From the NCBI RefSeq assembly GCF_009914755.1, contig NC_060933.1: a DNA stretch of 64,000 nt, one strand, 5' to 3'. Positions 15,850 through 30,415 of this stretch are shown in pieces. The notes below the pieces were generated by a model, which saw only the letters and a list, made by a program, of their open reading frames with translations, did no database searches and was not told the origin of the DNA. The DNA is from the human T2T-CHM13v2.0 reference genome, Homo sapiens. Position 1 is the stretch's first letter. Each line of letters opens with the position of its first letter. The translations under genes were made by a program, and so were the position numbers.

Positions 15850-16229
15850 TAATGGAGAGTTAGGGAGTTGAATAGAATCAATCCGAATGTAATGGAATGG
15901 AAGGGAATGGAATGGAATGGAATGGAATGGAATGGAATGGAATGGAATGCAATGGAATGGAATCAACCCGAGTACAATGGAACGGAATGGAATGGAATGG
16001 AATGGCATGGAATGGAATGGAATGGAATGGAATGGAATGGAATGGAGAGTTAGGGAGTTGAATAGAATCAATCCGAATGTAATGGAATGGAACGGAATGG
16101 AATGGAATGGAATGGAATGGAATGGAATGGAATGGAATGCAATGGAATGGAATCAACCCGAGTACAATGGAACGGAATGGAATGGAATGGAATGGCATGG
16201 AATGGAATGGAATGGAATGGAATGGAATG
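15850..16229 (+). repeat. 190-bp tandem duplication
   Basis: Private variant GGAGAGTTAGGGAG at ~15854 and ~16044. AATGGCATGG at 16001 and 16191. Confidence 0.85.
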
Positions 16230-17437
16230 GAATGGAATCAACCCAAGTGCAATAGAATGGAGAGGAATGGAATGGAATGGAATGGAAACTACCCGAATGG
16301 AATGGAATGTAATGGAGTGTAAGGGAATTGAATAGAATCAATCCGAATGTAATGGAATGGAATGGAACGGAATGGAATGGAATGGAATGGAATGGAATGG
16401 AATAAACCCGAGTGCAATGGAATGGAGTGGAATGGAATGGAATGGAATGGAACAACCCGAATGGAATGGAATGTAATGGAGAGTAAGGGAGTTGAATAGA
16501 ATCAATCCGAATGTAATGGAATGGAATGGAACGGAATGGAATTGAATGGAATGGAATGGAATGGAATCAACCCGAGTGCAATGGAATGGAGAGGAATGGA
16601 ATGGAATGGAATGGAAACTACCCGAATGGAATGGAATGTAATGGAGTGTAAGGGAATTGAATAGAATCAATCCGAATGTAATGGAATGGAATGGAACGGA
16701 ATGGAATGGAATGGAATGGAATGGAATGGAATCGAATGGAATGGAATGCAATGGAATGGAATCAACCCGAGTGCAATCGAATGGAATCGAATGGAATGGA
16801 ATGCAATGGAATGGATTCAACTTGAATGGAATGGAAAGAATGGAATCAACACGAGTGGAATGCCATGGATTGGAATGGAATGGAATGGAATCAACCCGAG
16901 CACAGGGGAATGGAATGGAATGGAATGCAATGGAATGGAATCATCCGTAATGGAATGGAAAGGAATGGAATGGAATGGAATGGAATGGAATGGAATGGAA
17001 TGGAATGGAATCAACTCGATTGCAATCGAATGGAATGGAATGGAATTAACCCGAATAGAATGGAATGGAATGGAATGGAACGGAACGGAACGGAACGGAA
17101 CGGAGTGGAATGAGTGGAATGGAATGGAATGGAATTGTATGGAATGGAATGGCATGGTACGGAATAGAATGGAATGGAAAGAATTGGAATGGAATGGAAT
17201 CGAATGGAAGGGAATGGAATGGAATGGAATCAACCCGAGTGCAATGGAATGGAGTGGAATGGAATGGAATGGAATGGAACAACCCGAATGGAATGGAATG
17301 TAATGGAGAGTAAGGGAGTTGAATAGAATCAATCCGAATGTAATGGAATGAAACGGAATGGAATGGAATGGAATGGAATGGAATGGAATGGAATGGAATG
17401 GAATGCAATGGAATGGAATCAACCCGAGTACAATGGA

Positions 17438-17456
17438 ACGGAATGGGTTTATTCCA
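17438..17456. other. Strand-switch junction 1 (GGAAT> <ATTCC)
   Basis: Sequence ...GGAACGGAAT[GG]GTTTATTCC. The forward repeat ends at 17446 and the reverse complement of GGAATAAACCC begins at 17445, giving 2-bp GG microhomology and no inserted bases. Confidence 0.95.
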
Positions 17457-20400
17457 TTCCATTCCATTCCATTCCGGATGATTCCATTCCATTGCATTCT
17501 ATTCCATTCCATTCCCCTGTACTCGGGTTGATTCCATTCCATTCCACTCCATTCCGTTCCATTCCATTCCATTCCATTGTATTCGGGTTAATTCCATTCC
17601 ATTCCATTCCATTCCATTCCATTCCATTACAATCGAGTTGATTCCATTCCATTCCATTCCATTCCATTCCATTCCAGTCCTTTCCATTCCATTCCACTCG
17701 GGTTGATTCCATTCTATTAGTTTCCATTCCATTCCATTCCCTTCCATTCCACTCTGGTTGATTCCATTCCTTTCCATTCCACTCGAATACATTCCCTCCT
17801 ATTCCACTCGGAACTATTCCATTCCATTCCATTCCATTCCATTCCATTTCGTTCCATTCCATTCTATTCCATATCATTCCATTCCATTCCGTTCCATTCC
17901 ATTCCATTCCATTCCACTCGTGTTGATTCCATTCCTTTCCATTCCATTCGGTTTGAAGGCATTCCATTCCATTCCATTCCATTCCATTCCATTGTACTCG
18001 GGTTGATTCCATTCCATTGCATTCCATTCCATTCCATTCCATTCCATTCCCTTGCATTCCATTCCATTACATTCGGATTGATTCTATTCAAATCCCTTAC
18101 TCTCCATTACATTCCATTCCATACGGGTTGTTCCATTCCATTCCATTCCATTCCACTCCATTCCATTGCACTAGGGTTGATTCCATTCCATTCCATTCCA
18201 TTCCATTCCATTCCGGATGATTCCATTCCATTGCATTCCGTTCCATTACATTCCCCTGCACTCGCGTTCATTCCATTCCATTCCATTCCATTCCATTCCA
18301 TTCCATTCCATACCATTCCGTTCCATTCCATTCCGTTCCGTTCCATTCCATTCCATTCCATTCCATTCCATTCCGTTCCGTTCCGTTCCATTCCATTCCA
18401 TTCCATTCTATTCGGGTTAATTCCATTCCATTCCATTCGATTGCAATCGAGTTGATTCCATTCCATTCCATTCCATTCCATTCCATTCCTTTCCATTCCA
18501 TTACGGATGATTCCATTCCATTGCATTCCATTCCATTCCATTCCCCTGTACTCGGGTTTATTCCATTCCATTCCATTCCAATCCATGCCATTCCACTCGT
18601 GTTGATTCCATCCTTTCCATTCCATTCAAGTTGAATCCATTCCATTGCATTCCATTCAATTTGATTCCATTCGATTGCACTCGGGTTGATTCCATTCCAT
18701 TGCATTCCATTCCATTCAATTCCATTCCATTCCATTCCATTCCATTCCATTCCATTACATTACATTACATTACATTACATTCGGATTGATTCTATTCAAT
18801 TCCCTTACACTGCATTACATTCCATTCCATTCGGGTAGTTTCCATTCCATTCCATTCCATTCCTCTCCATTCCATTGCACTCGGGTTGATTCCATTCCAT
18901 TGCATTCCATTCCATTCCGTTCAATTCCATTCCGTTGCATTCAATTCGATTACATGCGGATTGATTCTATTCAACTCCCTTACTCTCCATTCCATTCCAT
19001 TCCATTCAGGTTGTTCCATTCCATTCCATTCCATTCCACTCCATTCCATTGCAAGCGGGTTGATTCCATTCCATTCCATTCAATTCCATTCCATTCCATT
19101 CCATTCCATTCCATTCCATTCCATTCCATTACAATCGAGTTGATTCCATTCCATTCCATTCCATTCCATTCCTTTCCATTCCATTCCACTCGGGTTGATT
19201 CCATTCTATTAGTTTCCATTCCATTCCAATGCCTTCCATTCCACTCTGGTTGATTCCATTCCTTTCCATTCCACTCGAATACATTCCCTCCTATTCCACT
19301 CGGAACGATTCCATTCCATTCCATTCCATTCCATTCCATTTCGTTCCATTCCATTCTATTCCGTATCATTCCATTCCATTCCATTCCATTCCATTCCATT
19401 CCATTCGATTCCATTCCATTCCATTGTACTCGGGTTGATTCCATTCCATTGCATTCCATTCCATTCCATTCCATTCCATTCCATTCCATTCCATTCCGTT
19501 CCATTCCATTACATTCGGATTGATTCTTTTCAACTCCCTTACTCTCCATTACATTCCATTCCATTCGGATTGTTCCATTCAATTCCATTCCATTCCACTC
19601 CATTCCATTGCACTCGGGTTGATTCCATTCCATTCCATTGCATTCCATTCCGGATGATTCCATTCCATTGCATTCCGTTCCATTACATTCCCCTGCACTC
19701 GGGTTGATTAAATTCCATTCAATTCCATTCCATTCCATTCCATTCCATTCCATTCCCCTGCACTCGCGTTGATTCCATTCCATTCCATTCCATTCCATTC
19801 CATTCCATTCCATTCCATTCCATTCCTTTCCATTCCAGTCCTTTCCATTCCATTCCACTCGGGTTGATTCCATTCTATTAGTTTCCATTCCATTCCATTC
19901 CCTTCCATTCCACTCTGGTTGATTCCATTCCTTTCCATTCCACTCGAATACATTCCCTCCTATTCCACTCGGAACGATTCTATTCCATTCCATTCCATTC
20001 CATTACATTCCATTCCATTCCATTTCGTTCCATTCCATTCTATTCCGTATCATTCCATTCCATTCCATTCCATTCCATTCCATTCCACTCGTTTTGATTT
20101 CATTCCTTTCCATTCCATTCGGTTTGAAGGCATTCCATTCCATTCCATTCCATTCCATTCCATTCCATTCCATTCCATTTCGTTCCATTCCATTCTATTC
20201 CGTATCATTCCATTCCATTCCATTCCATTCCATTCCATTCCATTCCATTCCATTCCATTGTACTCGGGTTGATTCAATTCCATTGCATTCCATTCCATTC
20301 CATTCCATTCCATTCCGTTGCATTCCATTCCATTTCATTCGGATTGATTCTATTCAACTCCCTTACTCTCCATTACATTCCATTCCATTCGGGTTGTTCC

Positions 20401-22639
20401 ATTCCATTCCATTCCATTCCACTCCATTCCATTGCACTCGGATTGATTCCATTCCATTCCATTCCATTCCATTCCATTCCGGATGATTCCATTCCATTGC
20501 ATTCCGTTCCATTACATTCCCCTGCACTCGGGTTGATTCCATTCCATTCCATTCCATTCCATTCGATTCCATTCCATTCCAATTCTTTCCATTCCATTCT
20601 ATACCGTTCCATTCCATTCCATTGCATACAATTCCATTCCATTCCATTCCACTCCGTTCCGTTCCGTTCCGTTCCATTCCGTTCCATTCCATTCCATTCC
20701 ATTCTATTCGGTTTAATTCCATTCCATTCCATTCCATTCCATTCCATTCCATTCTATTCCATTCCATTGCAATCGATTTGAATCCATTGCATTCCATTCC
20801 ATTCCATTCCATTCCATTCCGGAAGATTCCATTCCATTGCATTCCATTCCATTCCATTCCATTCCATTCCATTCCATTCCATTCCATTCCTTTCCATTCC
20901 ATTACAGATGATTCCATTCCATTGCGTTCCATTCCATTCCATTCCCCTGTACTCGGGTTGATTCCATTCCATTCCATTCCAATCCATGCCATTCCACTCG
21001 TGTTGATTCCATTCTTTCCATTCCATTCAAGTTGAATCCATTCCATTGCATTCCATTCCATTCCATTCCCCTGCAGTCGGGTTGTTTCCATTCCATTCCA
21101 TTCCATTCCATTCCGTTCCGTTCGGTTCCGTTCCATTCCATTCCATTCCATTCTATTCGGGTTAATTCCATTTCATTCCATTCCATTCCATTCCATTCCA
21201 TTCCAATCCAGTTGATTCCATTCCATTCCATTCCATTCCATTCCACTCCATTCCAGTCCTTTCCATTCCATTCCACTCGGGTTGATTCCAATGTATTCCT
21301 TTCCATTCCATTCCATTCCATTGCAATCGAGTTGATTCCATTGCTTTGCATTCCATTCCATTCCATTCCATTCCGGATGATTGCATTCCATTGCATTCCA
21401 TTCCATTCCATTCCCCTGCACTCGGGTTGATTCCATTCCATTCCACTCCATTCCGTTCCATTCCATTCCATTGCATTGTATTCGGGTTAATTCCATTCCA
21501 TTCCATTCCATTCCATTCCATTCCATTCCATTCCATTCCATTACAATCGAGTTGATTCCATTCCATTCTAGTCCTTTCCATTCTATTCCTCTCGGGTTGA
21601 TTCCATTCTATTAGTTTCCATTCCATTCCATTCCCTTCCATTCCACTCTGGTTGATTCCATTCCTTTCCATTCCACTCGAATACATTCCCTCCTTTTCCA
21701 CTCGGAACGATTCCATTCCATTCCATTCCATTCCATTCCATTGCATTCCATTACATTTCGTTCCATTCCATTGTATTCCGTATCATTCCATTCCATTCCA
21801 TTCCATTCCATTCCATTCCATTCCATTCCATTCCATTCCATTGTACTCGGGTTGATTCCATTCCATTGCATTCCATTCCATTCCATTCCATTCCATTCCG
21901 TTCCATTCCATTCCATTACATTCGGATTGATTCTTTTCAACTCCCTTACTCTCCATTACATTCCATTCCATTCGGGTTGTTCCATTCCATTCCATTCCAT
22001 TCCACTCCATTCCATTGCACTCGGGTTGATTCCATTCCATTCCATTCCATTCCATTCCGGATGATTCCATTCCATTGCATTCCGTTCCATTACATTCCCC
22101 TGCACTCGGGTTGATTCCATTCCATTCCATTCCATTCCATTCGATTCCATTCCATTCCCCTGCACTCGCGTTGATTCCATTCCATTCCATTCCATTCCAT
22201 TCCATTCCATTCCATTCATTTCCATTCCAGTCTTTTCCATTCCATTCCACTCGGGTTGATTCCATTCTATTAGTTTCCATTCCATTCCATTCCCTTCCAT
22301 TCCACTCTGGTTGATTCCATTCCTTTCCATTCCACTCGAATACATTCCCTCCTATTCCACTCGGAACGATTCCATTCCATTCCATTCCATTCCTTTCCAT
22401 TCCATTCCATTCCATTCCATTCCGTTTCGTTCCATTCCATTCTATTCCGTATCATTCCATTCCATTCCATTCCATTCCATTCCATTCCATTCCATTCCAC
22501 TCGTGTTGATTCCATTCCTTTCCATTCCATTCGGTTTGAAGGCATTCCATTCCATTCCATTCCATTCCATTCCATTCCATTGTACTCGGGTTGATTCCAT
22601 TCCATTGCATTCCATTCCATTCCAATCCGTTGCATTCCA

Positions 22640-25600
22640 TTCCATTACATTCGGATTGATTCTATTCAACTCCCTTACTCTCCATTACATTCCATTCCAT
22701 TCGGGTTGTTCCATTCCATTCCATTCCATACCACTCCATTCCATTGCACTCGGGTTGATTGCATTCCATTCCATTCCATTCCATTCCATTCCATTCCGGA
22801 TGATTCCGTTCCATTGCATTCCGTTCCATTACATTCCCCTGCACTCGCGTTGGTTCCATTCCATTCCATTCCATTCCATTCCATTCCATTCAATTCCATT
22901 CCATTACAATTCGTTGCATTCCATTCTATTCCGTACCATTCCATTCCATTCCATACCATTCCATTCCATTCCATTCCATTCCATTCCATTCCATTCCGTT
23001 CCGTTCCATTCCGTTCCATTCCATTCCATTCCATTCTATTCGGGTTAATTCCATTCCATTCCTTTCCAATCTATTCCATTCCATTGCAATCGAGTTGAAT
23101 CCATTGCATTTCATTCCATTCCATTCCATTCCATTCCATTCCATTGCAATCGAGTTGAATCCATTGCATTTCATTCCATTCCATTCCATTCCATTCCATT
23201 CCGGAAGATTCCATTCCATTGCATTCCATTCCATTCCACTCCCCTGCACTCGCGTTGATTCCATTCCATTCCATTCCATTCCATTCCATTCCGTTCCGTT
23301 CCGTTCCATTTCATTCCATTCCATTCCATTCCATTCCGTTCCGTTCCATTCCATTCCATTCCATTCTATTCGGGTTAATTCCATTCCATTCCATTCGATT
23401 GCAATCGAGTTGATTCCATTCCATTCCATTCCATTCCGTTCCGGATGATTCCATTCTATTGCATTCCATTCCATTCCATTCCCCTGCAGTCGGGTTGATT
23501 CCATTCCATTCCATTCCATTCCATTCCGTTCCATTCCATTCCATTCCATTCTATTCGGGTTAATTCCATTCCATTCCTTTCCATTCCATTCCATTCCATT
23601 CCATTCGAGTTGATTCCATTCCATTCCATTCCATTCCATTCCACTCCATTCCAGTCCTTTCCATTCCATTACACTCGGGTTGATTCCGTTCTATTCCTTT
23701 CCATTCCATTCCATTCCATTGCAATCGAGTTGATTCCATTGCTTTGCATTCCATTCCATTCCATTCCATTCCGGATGATTCCATTCCATTGCATTCCATT
23801 CCATTCCATTCCCCTGCACTCGGGTTGATTCCATTCCATTCCACTCCATTCCGTTCCATTCTAGTCCATTCCATTGTATTCGGGTTAATTCCATTCCATT
23901 CCATTCCATTCCATTCCATTACAATGTAGTTGATTCCATTCAATTCCATTCCATTCCATTCCATTCCAGTCCTTTCCATTCCATTCCACTCGGGTTGATT
24001 CCATTCTATTAGTTTCCATTCCATTCCATTCCCTTCCATTCCAATCTGGTTGATTCCATTCCTTTCCATGCCACTCGAATACATTCCCTCCTATTCCACT
24101 CAGAACGATTCCATTCCATTCCATTCCATTCCATTCCATTCCATTCCATTCCATTCCATTCCAGTTCGTTCCATTCCATTCTATTCCTTACCATTCTATT
24201 CCATTCCATTCCTTTCCATTCCATTCCATTCCACTCGTGGTGATTCCATTCCTTTCCATTCCATTCGGTTTGAAGGCATTCCATTCCATTCCATTCCATT
24301 CCATTCCATTCCATTCCATTCCATTGTACTCGGGTTGATTCCATTCCATTGCATTGCATTCCATTCCATTCCATTCCATTCCATTCCATTCCATTCCGTT
24401 CCATTCCATTCCATTACATTCGGATTGATTCTATTCAATTCCCTTACACTCCATTACATTCCATTCCATTCGGGTAGTTTCCATTCCATTCCATTCCATT
24501 CCTCTCCATTCCATTGCACTCGGGTTGATTCCATTCCATTGCATTCCATTCCATTCCATTCAATTGCATTCCGTTCCATTCCATTCCATTACATTCGGAT
24601 TGATTCTATTCAACTCCCTTACTCTCCATTACATTCGATTCCTTTCGGGTTGTTCCATTCCATTCCATTCCATTCCACTCCATTCCATTGCACTCGGGTT
24701 GATTCCATTCCATTCCATTCCATTCCATTCCATTCCGGAAGATTCCATTCCATTGCATTCCATTCCATTCCATTCCCCTGCACTCGCGTTGATTCCATTC
24801 CATTCCATTCCATTCCATTCCATTCCATTCCATTCCTTTCCGTTCCATTCCATTCCATTCCATTCCATTCCAATCCATTCCATTCCGTTCCGTTCCGTTC
24901 CATTCCATTCCATTCCATTCTATTCGGGTTAATTCCATTCCATTCCATTCGATTGCAATCGAGTTGATTCCATTCCATTCTATTCCATTCCATTCCATTC
25001 CTTTCCATTCCATTACGGATGATTCCATTCCATTGCATTCCATTCCATTCCATTCCCCTGTACTCGGGTTGATTCCATTCCATTCCATTCCAATCCATGC
25101 CATTCCACTCGTGTTGATTCCATTCTTTCCATTCCATTCAAGTTGAATCCATTCCATTGCATTCCATTCCATTCCATTACCCTGCAGTCGGGTTGATTCC
25201 ATTCCATTCCATTCCTTTACATTACATTCCATTGAATTCCGTTCCGTTCCATTCCATTCCATTCCATTCTATTCGGGTTAATTCCATTCCATTCCATTCC
25301 ATTCCATTCCAATCGAGTTGATTCCATTCCATTCCATTCCATTCCATTCCACTCCATTCCAGTCCTTTCCATTCCATTCCACTCGGGTTGATTCCAATGT
25401 ATTCCTTTCCATTCCTTTCCATTCCTTTGCAATCGAGTTGGTTCCATTGCTTTGCATTCCATTCCATTCCATTCCATTCCGGATGATTCCATTCCATTGC
25501 ATTCCATTCCATTCCATTCCCCTGCACTCGGGTTGATTCCATTCCATTCCACTCCATTCCGTTCCATTCCATTCCATTCCATTGTATTCGGGTTAATTCC

Positions 25601-28600
25601 ATTCCATTCCATTCCATTCCATTCCATTCCATTACAATCGAGTTGATTCCATTCCATTCCATTCCATTCCAGTCCTTTCCATTCCATTCCACTCGGGTTG
25701 ATTCCATTCTATTAGTTTCCATTCCATTCCATTCCCTTCCATTCCACTCTGGTTGATACCATTCCTTTCCATTCCACTCGAATACATTCCCTCCTATTCC
25801 ACTCGGAACGATTCCATTCCATTCCATTCCCTTACATTCCATTCCATTCCATTCCATTTCGTTCCATTCCATTCTATTCCGTATCATTCCATTCCATTCC
25901 ATTCCATTCCAATCCACTCGTGTTGATTCCATTCCTTTCCATTCCATTCGGTTTAAAGGCATTCTATTCCATTCCATTCCATTCCATTCCATTCCATTCC
26001 ATTCCATTCCATTGTACTCGGGTTGATTCCATTCCATTGCATTCCATTCCATTCCATTCCATTCCATTCCGTTGCATTCCATTCCATTACATTCGGATTG
26101 ATTGTATTCAACTCCCTTACGCTCCATTCCATTCCATTCCATTCGGGTTGTTCCATTCCATTCCATTCCATTCCACTCCATTCTATTGCACTCGGGTTGA
26201 TTCCATTCCATTCCATTCCATTCCATTCCATTCCATTGCGGATGATTCCATTCCATTGCATTCCGTTCCATTACATTCCCCTGCACTCGCGTTGAATCCA
26301 TTCCATTCCATTCCATTCCATTCAATTCCATTCCATTACAATTCGTTCCATTGCATTCTATTCCGTACCATTCCATTCCATTCCATACCCTTCCATTGCA
26401 TTCCATTCCATTCCATTCCGTTCCATTCCGTTCCATTGCATTCCATTCCATTCTATTCGGGTTAATTCCATTCCATTCCATTCCATTCTATTCCATTCCA
26501 TTTCAATCGAGTTGAATCCATTGCATTTCATTCCATTACATTCCATTCCATTCCATTCCGGAAGATTCCATTCCACTGCGTTCCATTCCATTCCATTACA
26601 TTCGGATTGATTCTATTCAACTCCCTTACTCTCCATTACATTCCATTCCATTCGGGTTGTTCCATTCCATTCCATTCCATACCACTCCATTCCATTGCAC
26701 TCGGGTTGATTGCATTCCATTCCATTCCATTCCATTCCATTCCATTCCATTCCATTCCGGATGATTCCGTTCCATTGCATTCCGTTCCATTACATTCCCC
26801 TGCACTCGCGTTGGTTCCATTCCATTCCATTCCATTCCATTCCATTCAATTCCATTCCATTACAATTCGTTGCATTCCATTCTATTCCGTACCATTCCAT
26901 TCCATTCCATACCATTCCATTCCATTCCATTCCATTCCATTGCATTCCGTTCCGTTCCATTCCGTTCCATTCCATTCCATTCCATTCTATTCGGGTTAAT
27001 TCCATTCCATTCCATTCCAATCTATTCCATTCCATTGCAATCGAGTTGAATCCATTGCATTTCATTCCATTCCATTCCATTCCATTCCATTCCGGAAGAT
27101 TCCATTCCATTGCATTCCATTCCATTCCATTCCCCTGCACTCGCGTTGATTCCATTCCATTCCATTCCATTCCATTCCATTCCATTCCGTTCCGTTCCGT
27201 TCCATTTCATTCCATTCCATTCCATTCCATTCCGTTCCGTTCCATTCCATTCCATTCCATTCTATTCGGGTTAATTCCATTCCATTCCATTCGATTGCAA
27301 TCGAGTTGATTCCATTCCATTCCATTCCATTCCGTTCCGGATGATTCCATTCTATTGCATTCCATTCCATTCCATTCCCCTGCAGTCGGGTTGATTCCAT
27401 TCCATTCCATTCCATTCCATTCCGTTCCATTCCATTCCATTCCATTCTATTCGGGTTAATTCCATTCCATTCCTTTCCATTCCATTCCATTCCATTCCAA
27501 TCGAGTTGATTCCATTCCATTCCATTCCATTCCATTCCACTCCATTCCAGTCCTTTCCATTCCATTACACTCGGGTTGATTCCGTTCTATTCCTTTCCAT
27601 TCCATTCCATTCCATTGCAATCGAGTTGATTCCATTGCTTTGCATTCCATTCCATTCCATTCCATTCCGGATGATTCCATTCCATTGCATTCCATTCCAT
27701 TCCATTCCCCTGCACTCGGGTTGATTCCATTCCATTCCACTCCATTCCGTTCCATTCTAGTCCATTCCATTGTATTCGGGTTAATTCCATTCCATTCCAT
27801 TCCATTCCATTCCATTACAATGTAGTTGATTCCATTCAATTCCATTCCATTCCATTCCATTCCAGTCCTTTCCATTCCATTCCACTCGGGTTGATTCCAT
27901 TCTATTAGTTTCCATTCCATTCCATTCCCTTCCATTCCAAACTGGTTGATTCCATTCCTTTCCATTCCACTCGAATACATTCCCTCCTATTCCACTCAGA
28001 ACGATTCCATTCCATTCCATTCCATTCCATTCCATTCCATTCCATTCCATTCCAGTTCGTTCCATTCCATTCTATTCCTTACCATTCTATTCCATTCCAT
28101 TCCTTTCCATTCCATTCCATTCCACTCGTGGTGATTCCATTCCTTTCCATTCCATTCGGTTTGAAGGCATTCCATTCCATTCCATTCCATTCCATTCCAT
28201 TCCATTCCATTCCAGTGTACTCGGGTTGATTCCATTCCATTGCATTGCATTCCATTCCATTCCATTCCATTCCATTCCATTCCATTCCGTTCCATTCCAT
28301 TCCATTACATTCGGATTGATTCTATTCAATTCCCTTACACTCCATTACATTCCATTCCATTCGGGTAGTTTCCATTCCATTCCATTCCATTCCTCTCCAT
28401 TCCATTGCACTCGGGATGATTCCATTCCATTGCATTCCATTCCATTCCATTCAATTGCATTCCGTTCCATTCCATTCCATTACATTCGGATTGATTCTAT
28501 TCAACTCCCTTACTATCCATTACATTCGATTCCTTTCGGGTTGTTCCATTCCATTCCATTCCATTCCACTCCATTCCATTGCACTCGGGTTGATTCCATT

Positions 28601-30415
28601 CCATTCCATTCCATTCCATTCCATTCCGGAAGATTCCATTCCATTGCATTCCATTCCATTCCATTCCCCTGCACTCGCGTTGATTCCATTCCATTCCATT
28701 CCATTCCATTCCATTCCACTCCATTCCGTTCCATTCTATTCCATTCCATTCTATTCGGGTTAATTCCATTCCATTCCATTCGATTGCAATCGAGTTGATT
28801 CCATTCCATTCTATTCCATTCCATTCCATTCCTTTCCATTCCATTACGGATGATTCCATTCCATTGCATTCCATTCCATTCCATTCCCCTGTACTCGGGT
28901 TGATTCCATTCCATTCCATTCCAATCCATGCCATTCCACTCGTGTTGATTCCATTCTTTCCATTCCATTCAAGTTGAATCCATTCCATTGCATTCCATTC
29001 CATTCCATTACCCTGCAGTCGGGTTGATTCCATTCCATTCCATTCCATTACATTACATTCCATTGCATTCCGTTCCGTTCCATTCCATTCCATTCCATTC
29101 TATTCGGGTTAATTCCATTCCATTCCATTCCATTCCATTCCAATCGAGTTGATTCCATTCCATTCCATTCCATTCCATTCCACTCCATTCCAGTCCTTTC
29201 CATTCCATTCCACTCGGGTTGATTCCAATGTATTCCTTTCCATTCCATTCCATTCCTTTGCAATCGAGTTGGTTCCATTGCTTTGCATTCCATTCCATTC
29301 CATTCCATTCCGGATGATTCCATTCCATTGCATTCCATTCCATTCCATTCCCCTGCACTCGGGTTGATTCCATTCCATTCCACTCCATTCCGTTCCATTC
29401 CATTCCATTCCATTGTATTCGGGTTAATTCCATTCCATTCCATTCCATTCCATTCCATTCCATTACAATCGAGTTGATTCCATTCCATTCCATTCCATTC
29501 CAGTCCTTTCCATTCCATTTCGCTCAGGTTGATTCCATTCTATTAGTTTCCATTCCATTCCATTCCCTTCCATTCCACTCTGGTTGATACCATTCCTTTC
29601 CATTCCACTCGAATACATTCCGTCCTATTCCATTCGGAACGATTCCATTCCATTCCATTCCCTTACATTCCATTCCATTCCATTCGATTTCGTTCCATTC
29701 CATTCTATTCCGTATCATTCCATTCCATTCCATTCCATTCCATTCCACTCGTGTTGATTCCATTCCTTTCCATTCCATTCGGTTTAAAGGCATTCTATTC
29801 CATTCCATTCCATTCCATTCCATTCCATTCCACTCCATTCCATTCCATTGTACTCGGGTTGATTCCATTCCATTGCATTCCATTCCATTCCATTCCATTC
29901 CATTCCGTTGCATTCCATTCCATTACATTCGGATTGATTGTATTCAACTCCCTTACGCTCCATTCCATTCCATTCCATTCGGGTTGTTCCATTCCATTCC
30001 ATTCCATTCCACTCCATTCTATTGCACTCGGGTTGATTCCATTCCATTCCATTCCATTCCATTCCATTCCATTCCGGATGATTCCATTCCATTGCATTCC
30101 GTTCCATTACATTCCCCTGCACTCGCGTTGAATCCATTCCATTCCATTCCATTCCATTCAATTCCATTCCATTACAATTCGTTCCATTGCATTCTATTCC
30201 GTACCATTCCATTCCATTCCATACCCTTCCATTGCATTCCATTCCATTCCATTCCGTTCCATTCCGTTCCATTGCATTCCATTCCATTCTATTCGGGTTA
30301 ATTCCATTCCATTCCATTCCATTCTATTCCATTCCATTTCAATCGAGTTGAATCCATTGCATTTCATTCCATTACATTCCATTCCATTCCATTCCGGAAG
30401 ATTCCATTCCATTGC
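22640..30415 (-). repeat. Tandem duplication of a ~3.9-kb unit (22640-26590 and 26591-30415)
   Basis: Shared variants ATACCACTCC, GTTGGTTCC, CTAGTCC, ACAATGTAG, CAGAACG, CGTGGTGATT, CGATTCCTTTCGGG, TTACCCTGCAG, GTTTAAAGGC, CTTACGCTCC, ATACCCTTCC. Near-identical ORF translations recur at offsets 3896 and 3831. Confidence 0.92.

Larger units (their letters stand above)
1..17446 (+). repeat. HSat3 block 1: GGAAT on + strand, module type A
   Basis: GGAAT orientation up to ...GGAACGGAATGG at 17446. Type-A modules: GGAACAACCCG...GGAGAGTAAGGGAGTTG, TTCAACTTG...GGAAAGAATGG, GGAATCTTCCGG, CGTTCCGAGTGGAATAGGAGGG, AAACTAATAG, GCAAAGCAATGG. Confidence 0.95.

Noticed and set aside
15858-15866. TTAGGG at ~15860 and ~16050, and TAACCCT-like motifs in type B
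   Set aside because: These are isolated point variants of GTAAGGG or TAACCCG. There is no telomeric tandem array.
16817-17641. Chimeric MEWNG-to-IPFHS ORFs here and at 44353-45012
   Set aside because: They simply read through the strand-switch junctions.
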